DNA from: a virus
Taxonomy: Duplodnaviria > Heunggongvirae > Uroviricota > Caudoviricetes
Direction: 5' to 3' (one strand)
DNA length: 58,441 nt
IMG/VR virus record: IMGVR_UViG_3300017917_002605
Coordinates: 110,471-168,911 of that record
Within the stretch, counting starts at the first letter, position 1. The number at the start of each line of letters is the position of its first letter. Below are positions 20,234 to 30,573 of this stretch, piece after piece. Both the position numbers and the translations under genes were made by a program. The notes under the pieces were generated by a model that saw nothing but the letters and a program-made list of their open reading frames with translations, did no database searches and had not been told where the DNA came from.

Positions 20234-20238
20234 TCAGA

Positions 20239-20246
20239 GATAAATA
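20239..20246 (+). promoter_or_regulatory. Late promoter (GATAAATA)
   Basis: Upstream of gp8. Confidence 0.6.
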
Positions 20247-20252
20247 AACACT

Positions 20253-21797
20253 ATGGCATCATTTATTTCTAAAAAGTTATCGTTCAATAACGCAGAACAA
20301 TTCAAAGAATCGTTCTATGAACCGGAACCAACAACCATTGGTTACGTATTTTTAGGCAACCACATTGCTTGGCCTAATGAGGATGCAGTTCCAACAATTC
20401 AAGATACAATTGTTTACCAAAAAGAAATTTGGGACAACATGTATGCTGCCAAGAAATTAACAGGCAACGATGTTGAACTTGTTATTCCAAGAAATACATG
20501 GGAAGCAAACGTAAAATATCGTGCCTTTGATGATACCATTACGCAAGAAGAGCTGTTGTCTGCTAACACCAGTCAAGGATTGAAGCCTTGTTATGTCATC
20601 ACATCACAAAGAAACGTTTACTTGTGTTTATCTAACAACGTTTCTTCAAACTCTACAGTGGAACCTACTGGCGACTATAATTCGGCAAACGGATTTATTA
20701 GAACATCTGATGGTTATTTGTGGACTTACATGTACAACATTAAGCCAACAAATAAGTTCTTAGCGAATGTTTGGATTCCTGCTCCTGTTTCAACATCAAA
20801 ATTGGATTACAACGTCAATCCTGTTGGTGTTGTTGACGGTGCTATTGCTGAAATTATTGTAACGAATCCTGGTTCAGGATACGCAACTTCCAATATTAAT
20901 GCATTTGCGTATTCTACTGCAACAAATCAAATTAGACTTGAAAATATTACCAATGTTTCTGCAAACATGGCAGTTTCAGGTTTTGGTATTGCGCCTCTTG
21001 CATATATTACGGGTATTAGCAATACCACAAACACCATTACTATTTCTAGTAGCACCATCAGTCCAGGTGGCGGCACAGGAAACGTAATAACCATTTCGAC
21101 CCGAGCTGTAGTTTCTGGTGATGGCTCAGGTTGTTTGGCAACAGTTTCACTAAATCAAGATACAGTTTTTAAGATTGTACCAACATCTTATGGTTCAAGA
21201 TACACCCACGGTAATGTAAAAATCTTTGGTTCAGGAACTGGAGCTACTGCAAGAGTTATTATTGGTCCAAAGTTTGGTCACGGATACAATCCTGCAAAAG
21301 AACTTGGTGCATCAAACGTAATGATTTCTACTAAAATTGGACAAATCGATTCAACTGAAGGTGGATTAATTTCTACAGGTACCACGTTCCGACAGTATGG
21401 CCTTATGAGGGACCCGTATAAATATGGTTCAACAATAGTAGCAAACAATTCAACATCAAATAGTGTGATTTCTCAGACTACAGATTTAACTGTTGTTTCT
21501 GGTTCTTCTTATGAAATTGATGAGTTTGTTTACCAAGGTTCAGCAAATAACGCAACATTTAAGGGCTTTATTAACTCACAATCTACAAATATAGTTCGAT
21601 TGACCAAAGTTGAGGGTGCTGTCACCTTGGGTGGCGCATTGATTGGAGCTAATTCTTCAACAAGTCGAGCAGTGGTAAAAGTTGATAATCCAGAATTTCA
21701 ACCGTATTCGGGTGATATTCTTTACGTAGAAAACATAACAAAAGCACAAAGAGCAGAAGGACAAGCAGAAAACATCCGCTTTGTCATTAAATTCTAA
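20253..21797 (+). CDS. gp8: Baseplate wedge subunit gp8
   Basis: NNAEQFKESF, YVFLG..IAW, VYLCLSNN, DGYLWTYMY, GHGYNPAKELGA, LYVEN...QAENIRFVIKF. Confidence 0.88.
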   Translation: MASFISKKLSFNNAEQFKESFYEPEPTTIGYVFLGNHIAWPNEDAVPTIQDTIVYQKEIWDNMYAAKKLTGNDVELVIPRNTWEANVKYRAFDDTITQEELLSANTSQGLKPCYVITSQRNVYLCLSNNVSSNSTVEPTGDYNSANGFIRTSDGYLWTYMYNIKPTNKFLANVWIPAPVSTSKLDYNVNPVGVVDGAIAEIIVTNPGSGYATSNINAFAYSTATNQIRLENITNVSANMAVSGFGIAPLAYITGISNTTNTITISSSTISPGGGTGNVITISTRAVVSGDGSGCLATVSLNQDTVFKIVPTSYGSRYTHGNVKIFGSGTGATARVIIGPKFGHGYNPAKELGASNVMISTKIGQIDSTEGGLISTGTTFRQYGLMRDPYKYGSTIVANNSTSNSVISQTTDLTVVSGSSYEIDEFVYQGSANNATFKGFINSQSTNIVRLTKVEGAVTLGGALIGANSSTSRAVVKVDNPEFQPYSGDILYVENITKAQRAEGQAENIRFVIKF

Positions 21798-21810
21798 AAG
21801 GTAAGTTTGA

Positions 21811-24800
21811 ATGGCACTTGATACCAATTTTAATACAAATCCATATTATGATGATTTCGATGAAACCAAAAAGTTTCTTCGAACCCTTTTTAAACCAGGT
21901 TTTGCAGTTCAAGCTCGTGAACTGACCCAAGTACAAACACAACTACAGAATCAAATTGGTAAATTTGGTTCGCACGTTTTCCAAAACGGCAGTTTGGTTC
22001 TTGGTGGACAAACTGCTTTACAAGACGCAACTTATCTAAAAATTGATAGCACATATCTTGGTGATTCAGTAAATTATGCTGATTTCCAAGATAAAACAAT
22101 TCTTTCTGCTGACGAAAGCAAACGTGCCGAAGTTATTCTTGCCGTTCCTGTAGAGGGTTCAGACCCAATTACTTTGATGGTAAAACAAATTTATGGTAAT
22201 CCTTTTGTTGCAGGTGATACCATAAAGACAGACGTTTCAGACACCACTTTTGCTACTATTCAAGATGTTGGTGAAGGACAAGTATTTTCTGTTAATGAAG
22301 GTACATTCTTCTATGAAGGATTCTTCATTACCAATGCACAACAAATCGTACCTACTGAAAAATATAGCAACACAACAGCAAATGTTCGTGTTGGTTTTGA
22401 AATTTCAGAATCTTTTGTAACTGCTGCATCCGACACATCACTTCTTGACCCAGCTCAAGATGCCTCCAATTATCAAGCACCAGGTGCTGATAGATTTAAA
22501 ATTGATTTGGTACTTTCAACCAGAGCATTAGATTCTACTGACGATGAGCGATTCATTGAAATGGCTCGTGTTGAAAACGGTGTTCTTGTAAAAGTCGTTA
22601 AGTATCCAATTTACTCTGCACTTGAAGACACATTAGCTCGCCGTACCTATGACGAATCAGGCAATTACACTGTTCGTCCTTTTACGATTGCGTTAGAAAC
22701 AAATTCTGCTAATACCGCACAGACAAACGTATTGTTGTCTCCTGGTAAAGCTTACGTTTTTGGTTATGAATTTGAAACTACAGGCACAACAACTGTAACT
22801 GTAGATAAACCAAGAACATATGTTGATGTTTCTAACCAAAGAATTACTGCTGACTATGGTAACTTTGTTTACACAACAAATCACCGTGGTTCTTTCCCTA
22901 TCGATAGTTTGAAGACTGTTGACCTACATTGCGTACAAAATGGTAGTATCAACCTCACTTCAACTGCAACTTACACCAATACAAAAATTGGTACAGCTCG
23001 TGTTAAATCTATCGAATATGAAACCACAGGTAGTTCTTCCAACACAGGTTCCAATGTATATCGTACTTACTTGTTTGATGTAAACGTAGGTTCTATTACA
23101 GGCAATGTCGGCACCACTGGTGGTGTTTCAACATCCAATACCACACACGTTCAATTGTCAAACACCGCAGTAAGTTATTTCAGCACAGTAAATGATGCAT
23201 ATAAGGGTGCTAAGTTCCGTATTACTGCCGGTCCTGGTTTAGGAAATCAAGTTAAGACCATCACTGGTTTCAACGCAACAACACAGTTTGTTTCTTTGAA
23301 TGAACCTCTAACTGTTGCTCCTCAAGCAAACACACAATTTGCTATTGACTTCGAATTTAATGACCTTGAGTGTCTTTCTGTTGCAAATGCGACCAACCAG
23401 GCAATTATTTCTTCTTCAAATATTGACGTTCGTTCAAAAGATTTGGCGACCGCTTTTGAAGATGTTTTCTTATCTGAAGTCACCAACGAATCTCAAATTT
23501 TCCCACTAGGACAAAATTACGTTGTTCCTGGCCGCACAGGTGATATTTCTCTGTCTTACAAAAGACTGTTTGAAAACCAGGCTTTTGCTGGCAATCAAAC
23601 CACATTCACCCTAGGCTCTGGTGAAGCTATTGCTTCTGCTTCATCTGAGTCTTCAATTAACCAAGCGTATTACATCAGTGTAACTAACAGAAGAACATCT
23701 ACTGCTTACGCAAACGGTGAAATTGTTCGTGCATCCAATGTTTCTATTGATTCTGGTACCGCAACAATTACAGTATCTGGTGCGGCCGATATGTTGGCTA
23801 ACGTTATTGCAGTAATTGATGTAACAAATCCTTCTGCAAAAACCAAAACTTTCCGTTTGGCAAACAACACAGTACAAACAACTTCTGCACCAGATTTCAT
23901 TAATGTGTTTGGTAACAATGCAGTTAATGTTTACACTCAAAACTGCCAAACACATATTGCCAACACTTTTGTTGTTAAGACTCCAGATACACCACAATCT
24001 CTATTCGTTTCAGACGTTTATTCTCTGAATACAGTACTTGATTTCCGTGGTCTTGAAGTTACTGAAGCGAACAAATCTAGTGCTGTTAATATCACATCAC
24101 GTTATACTTTAGTGAATGGTCAAAAAGATTCATATTATGACCACGCATATATCAAATTGAAACCTGGTCAATTGCCACCTGATGGTCCGTTGTTGGTTAC
24201 TTACGACAGATTTATTTCTGCTGATGCTGGTGGTTTTTTTACCGCAGACTCTTACGTAAATGGCGGTTTCGAATATGGTAACATTCCTAAATTCACATCA
24301 CCAACAACTGGTTTTGAATACAATTTAAGAGATTGTTTGGATTTCCGTCCTGTTCGTGCTGACGGTTCTTCTACTGTATCTTTCTACACCACAAAAAATC
24401 CTAAAACACCAGAAAACGGTTCAGACATTATTGTTGATTATTCTTACTATCTACCACGTATCGATAAAGTGGTTTTGAATAAGAATCGTACATTTGAAGT
24501 TGTTAAGGGCATTCCAAACCTAAGACCAAAAGAACCAGAAGACAAGTCTGAAGCAATGACAATGTTTGTTCTTGCTTGCCCGCCATATATTTCTGATGTT
24601 TCTGAAATTCAAGTTTCTGCAATCGACCATAAACGTTACACAATGCGTGATATTGGTGCATTAGAAAAACGTATTTCTAATCTAGAATATTACACTTCTT
24701 TGTCACAACTTGAACAAACAACTTTGACTAAACAAGATTTGACTATTCTTGACAGTCAAAATTTACCACGATTTAAAAATGGTATTGTTGTAGATGCTTT

Positions 24801-27800
24801 CTCTGGCCACTCTGTTGGTGATGTATTCAATGAAGAATATCGTGCCGCTATTGACCCAGTGAAGAAAGAAATGCGTCCGACATTTAACGTGTCTTCACAT
24901 TTATTCACCTTCGATGCAAACAACTCTGTTGGTGTTAAGCGTACTGGTCCAGTTCTTGGTTTGAACTATACCGAAAGGTCTTTCATTAACCAGTCAATGG
25001 CATCTAAAGCAATAAATGTAAACCCATTTAACGTTATCAACTTTGTTGGTAAAGTCAAATTGACTCCAAGCTCTGATGTTTGGGTTGATACTTCCAGAAA
25101 ACCAGATGTTGTTGTTAATACAGGTGGTGAACAAGATGTTTGGAACAGATTGATTGGTAACCAATCTAATTGGAGTTATGAGTTTGGTTCTTGGGAAACA
25201 AAATGGACAGGAACTTCAACTTCCACTCAACGTGAATATGAACAAACATTTGCTTACGGCGTACCACGCCGTGTTCTAGACCGAACTGTTACCACCGCAA
25301 CAGGTACTTCTTCACGCCAAGTTATTGCTAGTCGTGTGACAACCACAACAGTTACCAAAAATCTTGGTGACCGTGTTGTTGATATGTCTGTAATCCCTTA
25401 CATGAGAAACACCACATTCTCTATTCGTGGTGCTGCATTCAAACCAGACACCAAATTGTGGTGTTTCCTTGATGGTGTCGATGTTACTGGTTGTATCACT
25501 CACACCGACCGAATTTATCTAAAACAATCCGCTGCAGGATATAAATTCCCTGCTGACGGAGAAAATCGTTACGGTATTGGTGAAAATGTAAGAATCGTTG
25601 ACGGCAGAACCGGTAACACATTAGCAACCCGTCAAATTTATGACATTGCTAATAATATGATTGAAATGAACACCTTTAGAAATACTTCGGGTGTTAACAT
25701 CAACGATTCATCAAACATCTTTGTTGTTGGTGTCACAAGCGGCGTCAACGTTGCAGTTCAATCATACGAACATTATCTTGGTTATTCTGCCGGTGCTACC
25801 GCAAACACAATCACATTATGGGAAAACGCTGTTGGTTCAAACAACATTGGCAGCATTGTTGGTGATGTTATTCACGTTCGTGATACTACATCTTCACCAT
25901 ATCGTTATCAAACTAAGACTATTGCATCTTACAATGTGTCCACAAGAGTTGTTACAATCAGTGGAACATGGGATTGGATTCCTACAACAAATGACCATTA
26001 CTCATTAGGCAATCCAAAAACTTCTAGATATGGAACTTTTGCTGGTGGTTTCTATTTGCCAGGTTCAAAGTTTAGAACCGGCGAAAAACGTTTCATGTTG
26101 ATTGATAATGCAACAGGAGATATTCCTTCATCCAGAACAAACGGTGATGCAACCTTTACTTCTCAGGGTACATTAAAAACAACTGAAGCAACAATTGTTT
26201 CTTCTATTGTTCCAACGATTGAACGTTCTGTAACAACACAAACTCAACCTGCGGCTCAAACGCTTTCTGTTTCTGAACCTAGAGTTGTTGGTTATTGGGA
26301 CCCATTGGCACAAACATTCTTGGTTGAACCTACAAATAACCCACAAGGTGTGTTTGTTACCAAAATTCGTTTGTGTTTCAAAACTAAAGATAACACGATT
26401 CCAGTCACTGTTCAAATTAGACCAACAGTTAATGGTTATCCACATTCATCAATAGTTTATCCATTGGCTTCTAAGTCTCTGACTCCTGACCTTGTTAAAA
26501 TTACAGACAATCCTAGTTTAGAAGACCCAACAAAATACACTGAATTTGTATTTGATTCTCCAGTTTGCTTGCAACCGGGTGAACACTCATTCGTTGTTCT
26601 TGCAAATTCCAAAAATTACGAATTGTATGTTGGTGAAATAGGTAAAACCGATTTGGTGACTGCTCGCCAAATTTCCGACCAACCATATGGCGGTTCATTG
26701 TTTATTTCACAAAACGGTTCTACTTGGACTGCGGACCAATCATCCGACATTATGTTCCGTGTGTTTGTTGCCGAATATGACACAAACTCAGTTGGAGTTG
26801 CATATTTCAATGTTGATTATCCATCATCCAACACTGTATTTGACCTGGTTCGTTTAGGCACAACAGAATCTGTTGTTGCCAATACTGGTATAACTTACGA
26901 AATAAATTCTACTCGTTTGGATGATGGAACTCTAACCGGATTTGATTTCATTACGCCAAATGAATCCACTTCTTTAGAAGATGGATTTGGTCGCCGTATT
27001 TTGGTGACTGGTGCAAACACCAGCTTTAATGTTAAAGTAACGATGGAAACATCTAATCGTTCCATTACACCAACATTAGACACCACACGATTGAACATCA
27101 TTACTGTTGAAAACATCATCAACAATATGGGACTATCCAATAATGATATCATCGTAACAAACGGCGGAACAGGTTATGTGAACGTAAACAACGTTTCAAT
27201 TACCTTCTCTGGTGGTGGCGGTACAGGTGCCGCTGCGGTTGCTAACGTAACTTCTAACGGTACTATTGACCGAATCTTTGTGACAAATGCTGGTTCTGGT
27301 TATATTACCAACCCAACAATCACAATCTCTACTTTGGCTGGTCCAGGTTCTGGTGCAACCGCAATCGTTAACGGTGAAACCAGTAAGTCTGGTGGTAACG
27401 GACAAGTTCGTTATGTAACTCGCCGTGTGACATTGAATGATGGTTTCGATTCTGGTGATTTGCGTGTATATCTGACCGCATACAAACCACAAGGTGCTCA
27501 GATTTATGTTTACTACAAAGTATTGTCTAAATCTGACCCTGATGAATTCGACAACAAGAACTACCAGTTGATGACACAACTTGGTGATGCAAACTTTACT
27601 TCACTAAGTCAGACAGACTATCGTGAATTGACTTTTGCTCCTGGTGTCAATGGTGTGGCAAACAACGCTGTAACATACACCTCTGGTTCTACCGCATATA
27701 ACAGCTTTAAGACTTTTGCGATTAAGATTGTTCTTGCTGGTACCGATACTGTGTCTGTTCCTAAGATTCGTGATTTCCGTGCGATTGCACTTCCTTCTGG

Positions 27801-27807
27801 AGCTTAA
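21811..27807 (+). CDS. Large baseplate-associated structural protein, VrlC/DUF4815-like (1998 aa)
   Basis: NFNTNPYYDDFD, LFKPGFAVQARELTQ.Q, APGADRFKI, LARRTYDESGNY, YTMRDIGALEKRI..LEYYTSL, PLAQTF, PKIRDFRAIAL. Confidence 0.8.
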   Translation: MALDTNFNTNPYYDDFDETKKFLRTLFKPGFAVQARELTQVQTQLQNQIGKFGSHVFQNGSLVLGGQTALQDATYLKIDSTYLGDSVNYADFQDKTILSADESKRAEVILAVPVEGSDPITLMVKQIYGNPFVAGDTIKTDVSDTTFATIQDVGEGQVFSVNEGTFFYEGFFITNAQQIVPTEKYSNTTANVRVGFEISESFVTAASDTSLLDPAQDASNYQAPGADRFKIDLVLSTRALDSTDDERFIEMARVENGVLVKVVKYPIYSALEDTLARRTYDESGNYTVRPFTIALETNSANTAQTNVLLSPGKAYVFGYEFETTGTTTVTVDKPRTYVDVSNQRITADYGNFVYTTNHRGSFPIDSLKTVDLHCVQNGSINLTSTATYTNTKIGTARVKSIEYETTGSSSNTGSNVYRTYLFDVNVGSITGNVGTTGGVSTSNTTHVQLSNTAVSYFSTVNDAYKGAKFRITAGPGLGNQVKTITGFNATTQFVSLNEPLTVAPQANTQFAIDFEFNDLECLSVANATNQAIISSSNIDVRSKDLATAFEDVFLSEVTNESQIFPLGQNYVVPGRTGDISLSYKRLFENQAFAGNQTTFTLGSGEAIASASSESSINQAYYISVTNRRTSTAYANGEIVRASNVSIDSGTATITVSGAADMLANVIAVIDVTNPSAKTKTFRLANNTVQTTSAPDFINVFGNNAVNVYTQNCQTHIANTFVVKTPDTPQSLFVSDVYSLNTVLDFRGLEVTEANKSSAVNITSRYTLVNGQKDSYYDHAYIKLKPGQLPPDGPLLVTYDRFISADAGGFFTADSYVNGGFEYGNIPKFTSPTTGFEYNLRDCLDFRPVRADGSSTVSFYTTKNPKTPENGSDIIVDYSYYLPRIDKVVLNKNRTFEVVKGIPNLRPKEPEDKSEAMTMFVLACPPYISDVSEIQVSAIDHKRYTMRDIGALEKRISNLEYYTSLSQLEQTTLTKQDLTILDSQNLPRFKNGIVVDAFSGHSVGDVFNEEYRAAIDPVKKEMRPTFNVSSHLFTFDANNSVGVKRTGPVLGLNYTERSFINQSMASKAINVNPFNVINFVGKVKLTPSSDVWVDTSRKPDVVVNTGGEQDVWNRLIGNQSNWSYEFGSWETKWTGTSTSTQREYEQTFAYGVPRRVLDRTVTTATGTSSRQVIASRVTTTTVTKNLGDRVVDMSVIPYMRNTTFSIRGAAFKPDTKLWCFLDGVDVTGCITHTDRIYLKQSAAGYKFPADGENRYGIGENVRIVDGRTGNTLATRQIYDIANNMIEMNTFRNTSGVNINDSSNIFVVGVTSGVNVAVQSYEHYLGYSAGATANTITLWENAVGSNNIGSIVGDVIHVRDTTSSPYRYQTKTIASYNVSTRVVTISGTWDWIPTTNDHYSLGNPKTSRYGTFAGGFYLPGSKFRTGEKRFMLIDNATGDIPSSRTNGDATFTSQGTLKTTEATIVSSIVPTIERSVTTQTQPAAQTLSVSEPRVVGYWDPLAQTFLVEPTNNPQGVFVTKIRLCFKTKDNTIPVTVQIRPTVNGYPHSSIVYPLASKSLTPDLVKITDNPSLEDPTKYTEFVFDSPVCLQPGEHSFVVLANSKNYELYVGEIGKTDLVTARQISDQPYGGSLFISQNGSTWTADQSSDIMFRVFVAEYDTNSVGVAYFNVDYPSSNTVFDLVRLGTTESVVANTGITYEINSTRLDDGTLTGFDFITPNESTSLEDGFGRRILVTGANTSFNVKVTMETSNRSITPTLDTTRLNIITVENIINNMGLSNNDIIVTNGGTGYVNVNNVSITFSGGGGTGAAAVANVTSNGTIDRIFVTNAGSGYITNPTITISTLAGPGSGATAIVNGETSKSGGNGQVRYVTRRVTLNDGFDSGDLRVYLTAYKPQGAQIYVYYKVLSKSDPDEFDNKNYQLMTQLGDANFTSLSQTDYRELTFAPGVNGVANNAVTYTSGSTAYNSFKTFAIKIVLAGTDTVSVPKIRDFRAIALPSGA

Positions 27808-27810
27808 TAG

Positions 27811-28041
27811 ATGGGTGATTTAGTTCAAATTCCTGAAACTTCTCTAGTTCGTGATGTGCATTCCAAGGCACTTCTAAATACAGACAGAACAGGATTACAA
27901 GAATACTATATGAAACGTGAGATTGCTAAAAGGCAAAACACCGCTCATATAGAAACAAAACAAAGATTAGATGTTATCGAAAACGAAATGCAAGAAATTA
28001 AAACTTTGCTACGTGAGTTGTTGCAAGTAAGGGGTAGTTAA
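27811..28041 (+). CDS. Hypothetical protein (76 aa)
   Basis: Coupled ORF; LVRD..SKALLNTD followed by a short coiled coil. Confidence 0.65.
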   Translation: MGDLVQIPETSLVRDVHSKALLNTDRTGLQEYYMKREIAKRQNTAHIETKQRLDVIENEMQEIKTLLRELLQVRGS

Positions 28042-28757
28042 TGGCAAACGTAATTAGTCAATTAACTACCGCCAATACCTTCAATCATTGGTTGATTGCA
28101 TCGCAACAATTGATTGCGACCGCCAACCTATTGACTGAAGGTAACGGCAGTACTTTTTATGCAAACACCAAACTTGAAATTGGTGGTTCCGCATCGCAAT
28201 TAAACGTTACTACATCCGCTGGTATCAATACTCTGTGGGCAAATACTGTTACCGCAGGAAATATTCGAATCACAGGTAACGTAACGGAAACATTGAATAT
28301 TTCCTCAGATACCAACATTGGTGGAAATCTTGCCGTTTCTGGCGACACAACGATAACAGGCAATCTTACCGTTTCTGGAAATTTGACGTTAGACACAATA
28401 GGCTTTGATGACCTATCAGTTTCTGGTTCCGGCGTCTTCGGTAATAACCTGGTTGTCTTGGGTAACACTTCTATTGGTGGTGACACCACCATCAGTGGCA
28501 ACTTGAATGTTTCAGGTAACATCAATCTAGATGAAATCGGATTCAATGACTTAAACGTTAGTGGTACGGCAAATGTAAGTAACAACTTATTTGTTTACGG
28601 TACAACTAATCTTACCGGCAACGTAACTTCACAAAACGTAGAAGTTCAACAAGTATTGACAGCGAATGTTTTTGCCGGCAATGCAAACACGCAAATTTAT
28701 AATTCTATCACTCAGACACAAGCTGATTCTTTGGCCTTCGCAATTGCTCTAGGATGA
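28041..28757 (+). CDS. Fibre shaft protein with GN(L/I)xVSG beta-repeats, C-terminal ALAIALG
   Basis: TF..W N-terminus; internal 29-aa duplication at 28341 and 28479. Confidence 0.7.
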   Translation: MANVISQLTTANTFNHWLIASQQLIATANLLTEGNGSTFYANTKLEIGGSASQLNVTTSAGINTLWANTVTAGNIRITGNVTETLNISSDTNIGGNLAVSGDTTITGNLTVSGNLTLDTIGFDDLSVSGSGVFGNNLVVLGNTSIGGDTTISGNLNVSGNINLDEIGFNDLNVSGTANVSNNLFVYGTTNLTGNVTSQNVEVQQVLTANVFAGNANTQIYNSITQTQADSLAFAIALG

Positions 28758-28765
28758 TATAAATA
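28758..28765 (+). promoter_or_regulatory. T4 late promoter TATAAATA (block 1 of the receptor-binding array)
   Basis: Exact consensus upstream of 28789. Confidence 0.75.
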
Positions 28766-28788
28766 GATTATCAAGGGATACTAATTAA

Positions 28789-29115
28789 ATGGCAAACACT
28801 TTTAAATCAAACGTTGCAGCAAACATTGTGACCTCCGGAAATACGGTTTATACCTGTCCTGCGGCAACTCAAACCACATTGATTGGTTTGACACTATCAA
28901 ACAAATCTGCTGGAACATTGACAGCAAACGTATTTCTAACTCGTTCAGGTACGGATTATTCTTTAATATCTAATGCGCCTATCCTCACTGGGTCTACCTT
29001 AGTTCCAATCGGTGGTGACCAAAAAGTTGTTTTACAGGCATCAGATGGTTTAAAAGTCACCACAAGTGCCAATGGCTCACTAGATGTTATTGCTTCATTA
29101 CTTGAAATTGCTTAA
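28789..29115 (+). CDS. Small beta-rich virion protein (MANTFK... type)
   Basis: 108 aa, VYTCP...TTLIGLTLSN, VPIGGDQKVVL; follows an AIALG-terminated gene. Confidence 0.65.
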   Translation: MANTFKSNVAANIVTSGNTVYTCPAATQTTLIGLTLSNKSAGTLTANVFLTRSGTDYSLISNAPILTGSTLVPIGGDQKVVLQASDGLKVTTSANGSLDVIASLLEIA

Positions 29116-29124
29116 GGATAAAAT

Positions 29125-29340
29125 ATGGCCTTAACTAGAGTACAAGGTGGTATTTGGGGTGCAGGTGGAAGTGCTAATACAGCATTTCAGACCGGCGTTG
29201 CCATGATGGAAAACGCAAATACCGTTTATAACAGTTATACATTGACAACAAATAATAACGCAATGTCTGTTGGTCCTATTACCATTTTAGAAGGTAAAGC
29301 AATTACAGTACCTACAGGCCAAAGTTGGGTGGTTCTATAA
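29125..29340 (+). CDS. Fibre adaptor-like protein A1 (71 aa)
   Basis: C-terminal N-A...T-L-T-T..N-A.S.G-P-I-T-I......T-V.....W.V-L domain shared with 36002..36424. Confidence 0.65.
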   Translation: MALTRVQGGIWGAGGSANTAFQTGVAMMENANTVYNSYTLTTNNNAMSVGPITILEGKAITVPTGQSWVVL

Positions 29341-29341
29341 G

Positions 29342-29893
29342 ATGGCACTAATTAATACAACAACTACGGGTGTAAGAGGCACCACACTTTTTGCTGACGG
29401 CACTGGTGATTTGAGCATTCAACAGAACGGCGTCACAATTAATAAGGTTACAAAAAATCCAGCTTTTTCGTCATATTTGGGTTCAAATCAAACACCAACC
29501 GAAGGCGTACTAACAAAGATACAATTTAATGTAAAATCTTTTGACACTGAAGGATGTTACGATACAACAAATTATCGTTTTGTTCCAAACGTTGCTGGTT
29601 ATTACTATTTTAGTTTGATGTTAAGTGTTGTATCACTAACTTCAGGTAGAGTTATGGCTTTCCAACCTAGAATTTATAAAAATGGTTCGGCGGTTTCCAT
29701 ATACGAACATAACATGACCATGTCTTCAGACCAAATTGGATTGACAAACTTTTGGTTTGGATACTGTAATGGTTTGTCGGATTATATCGAGGCATACGGA
29801 TACATCAATGATGTTAATTCTGCAAGCACAGGAACGTTTCAAAGTGGTGAAACTAGATGTTTGTTTTCAGGATTTTTAGTAAAGGCGGTATAA
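29342..29893 (+). CDS. Receptor-binding tip, family A (C1q/TNF-like jelly roll)
   Basis: PAFSSYL..NQ......TKIQFN..SFD...YDTTNYRFVPNVAGYYYF; C-terminal FSGFLV. Confidence 0.7.
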   Translation: MALINTTTTGVRGTTLFADGTGDLSIQQNGVTINKVTKNPAFSSYLGSNQTPTEGVLTKIQFNVKSFDTEGCYDTTNYRFVPNVAGYYYFSLMLSVVSLTSGRVMAFQPRIYKNGSAVSIYEHNMTMSSDQIGLTNFWFGYCNGLSDYIEAYGYINDVNSASTGTFQSGETRCLFSGFLVKAV

Positions 29894-29894
29894 T

Positions 29895-30071
29895 ATGAAT
29901 TTGTTGGAAAAAATTATTTCTTTATATCCGGAATTAGAAACATTTAATTTTGCTTCCGGAATAATTACGTTACAAAACGATAGTGACGGAAAAGGCGACT
30001 ACATAGCCAAATGGGAACACCCAACACTTGCACAACCAACAAAGGAACAGTTAGATGCCATTAGTTCTTAA
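29895..30071 (+). CDS. Cognate chaperone type a (XkdW-like, 58 aa; not in ORF track)
   Basis: Hand translation MNLLEKIISLYPELETFNFASGIITLQNDSDGKGDYIAKWEHPTLAQPTKEQLDAISS*. Confidence 0.8.
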   Translation: MNLLEKIISLYPELETFNFASGIITLQNDSDGKGDYIAKWEHPTLAQPTKEQLDAISS

Positions 30072-30573
30072 CGGTACAGGTACAGTAACAGGTTTGGCAG
30101 CTGGTGGATTGCCAGATGCAACCATTACTCAGTCCGAATTGGTTTCTGGTATTGCGGGAAATGGTCCTGTTTTTGCTAGTGGTTCGACAGGTTTGACAAG
30201 TATTTCGGCCACAACTTGGACAGCATATACAAATTTTTCTGAAAGCCAATTCGATACAATTAATGGATTTAACAGAACAACTGGAAGATATCAACCAAAC
30301 GTTGCTGGTTATTATTGGGTACAAGGTATAGTAGATTGTGGATATTCTGGTGTAACGTCTACTGCTATTTACGCTTCTATTTTTAAAAATGGAAATAACT
30401 ATAGAGGTGGCACTGCTGGCCAGTATGCGTCAGGAGCATATCCTGCCATCCTTTGCACAAGTGTTGTTTATTTAAATGGCACAACAGATTATATTCAAGT
30501 TTATTGTTACACTTTGCAGTCGATAAGCAACACATCTGGTTCACTTATGGCTTGTATGATTAGGAGTGCATAA
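30055..30573 (+). CDS. Receptor-binding tip, family A (C1q-like)
   Basis: GPVF...., FDT..GFN..TGRYQPNVAGYYWV, VVYLNGTTDYIQVY. Confidence 0.7.
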   Translation: MPLVLNGTGTVTGLAAGGLPDATITQSELVSGIAGNGPVFASGSTGLTSISATTWTAYTNFSESQFDTINGFNRTTGRYQPNVAGYYWVQGIVDCGYSGVTSTAIYASIFKNGNNYRGGTAGQYASGAYPAILCTSVVYLNGTTDYIQVYCYTLQSISNTSGSLMACMIRSA

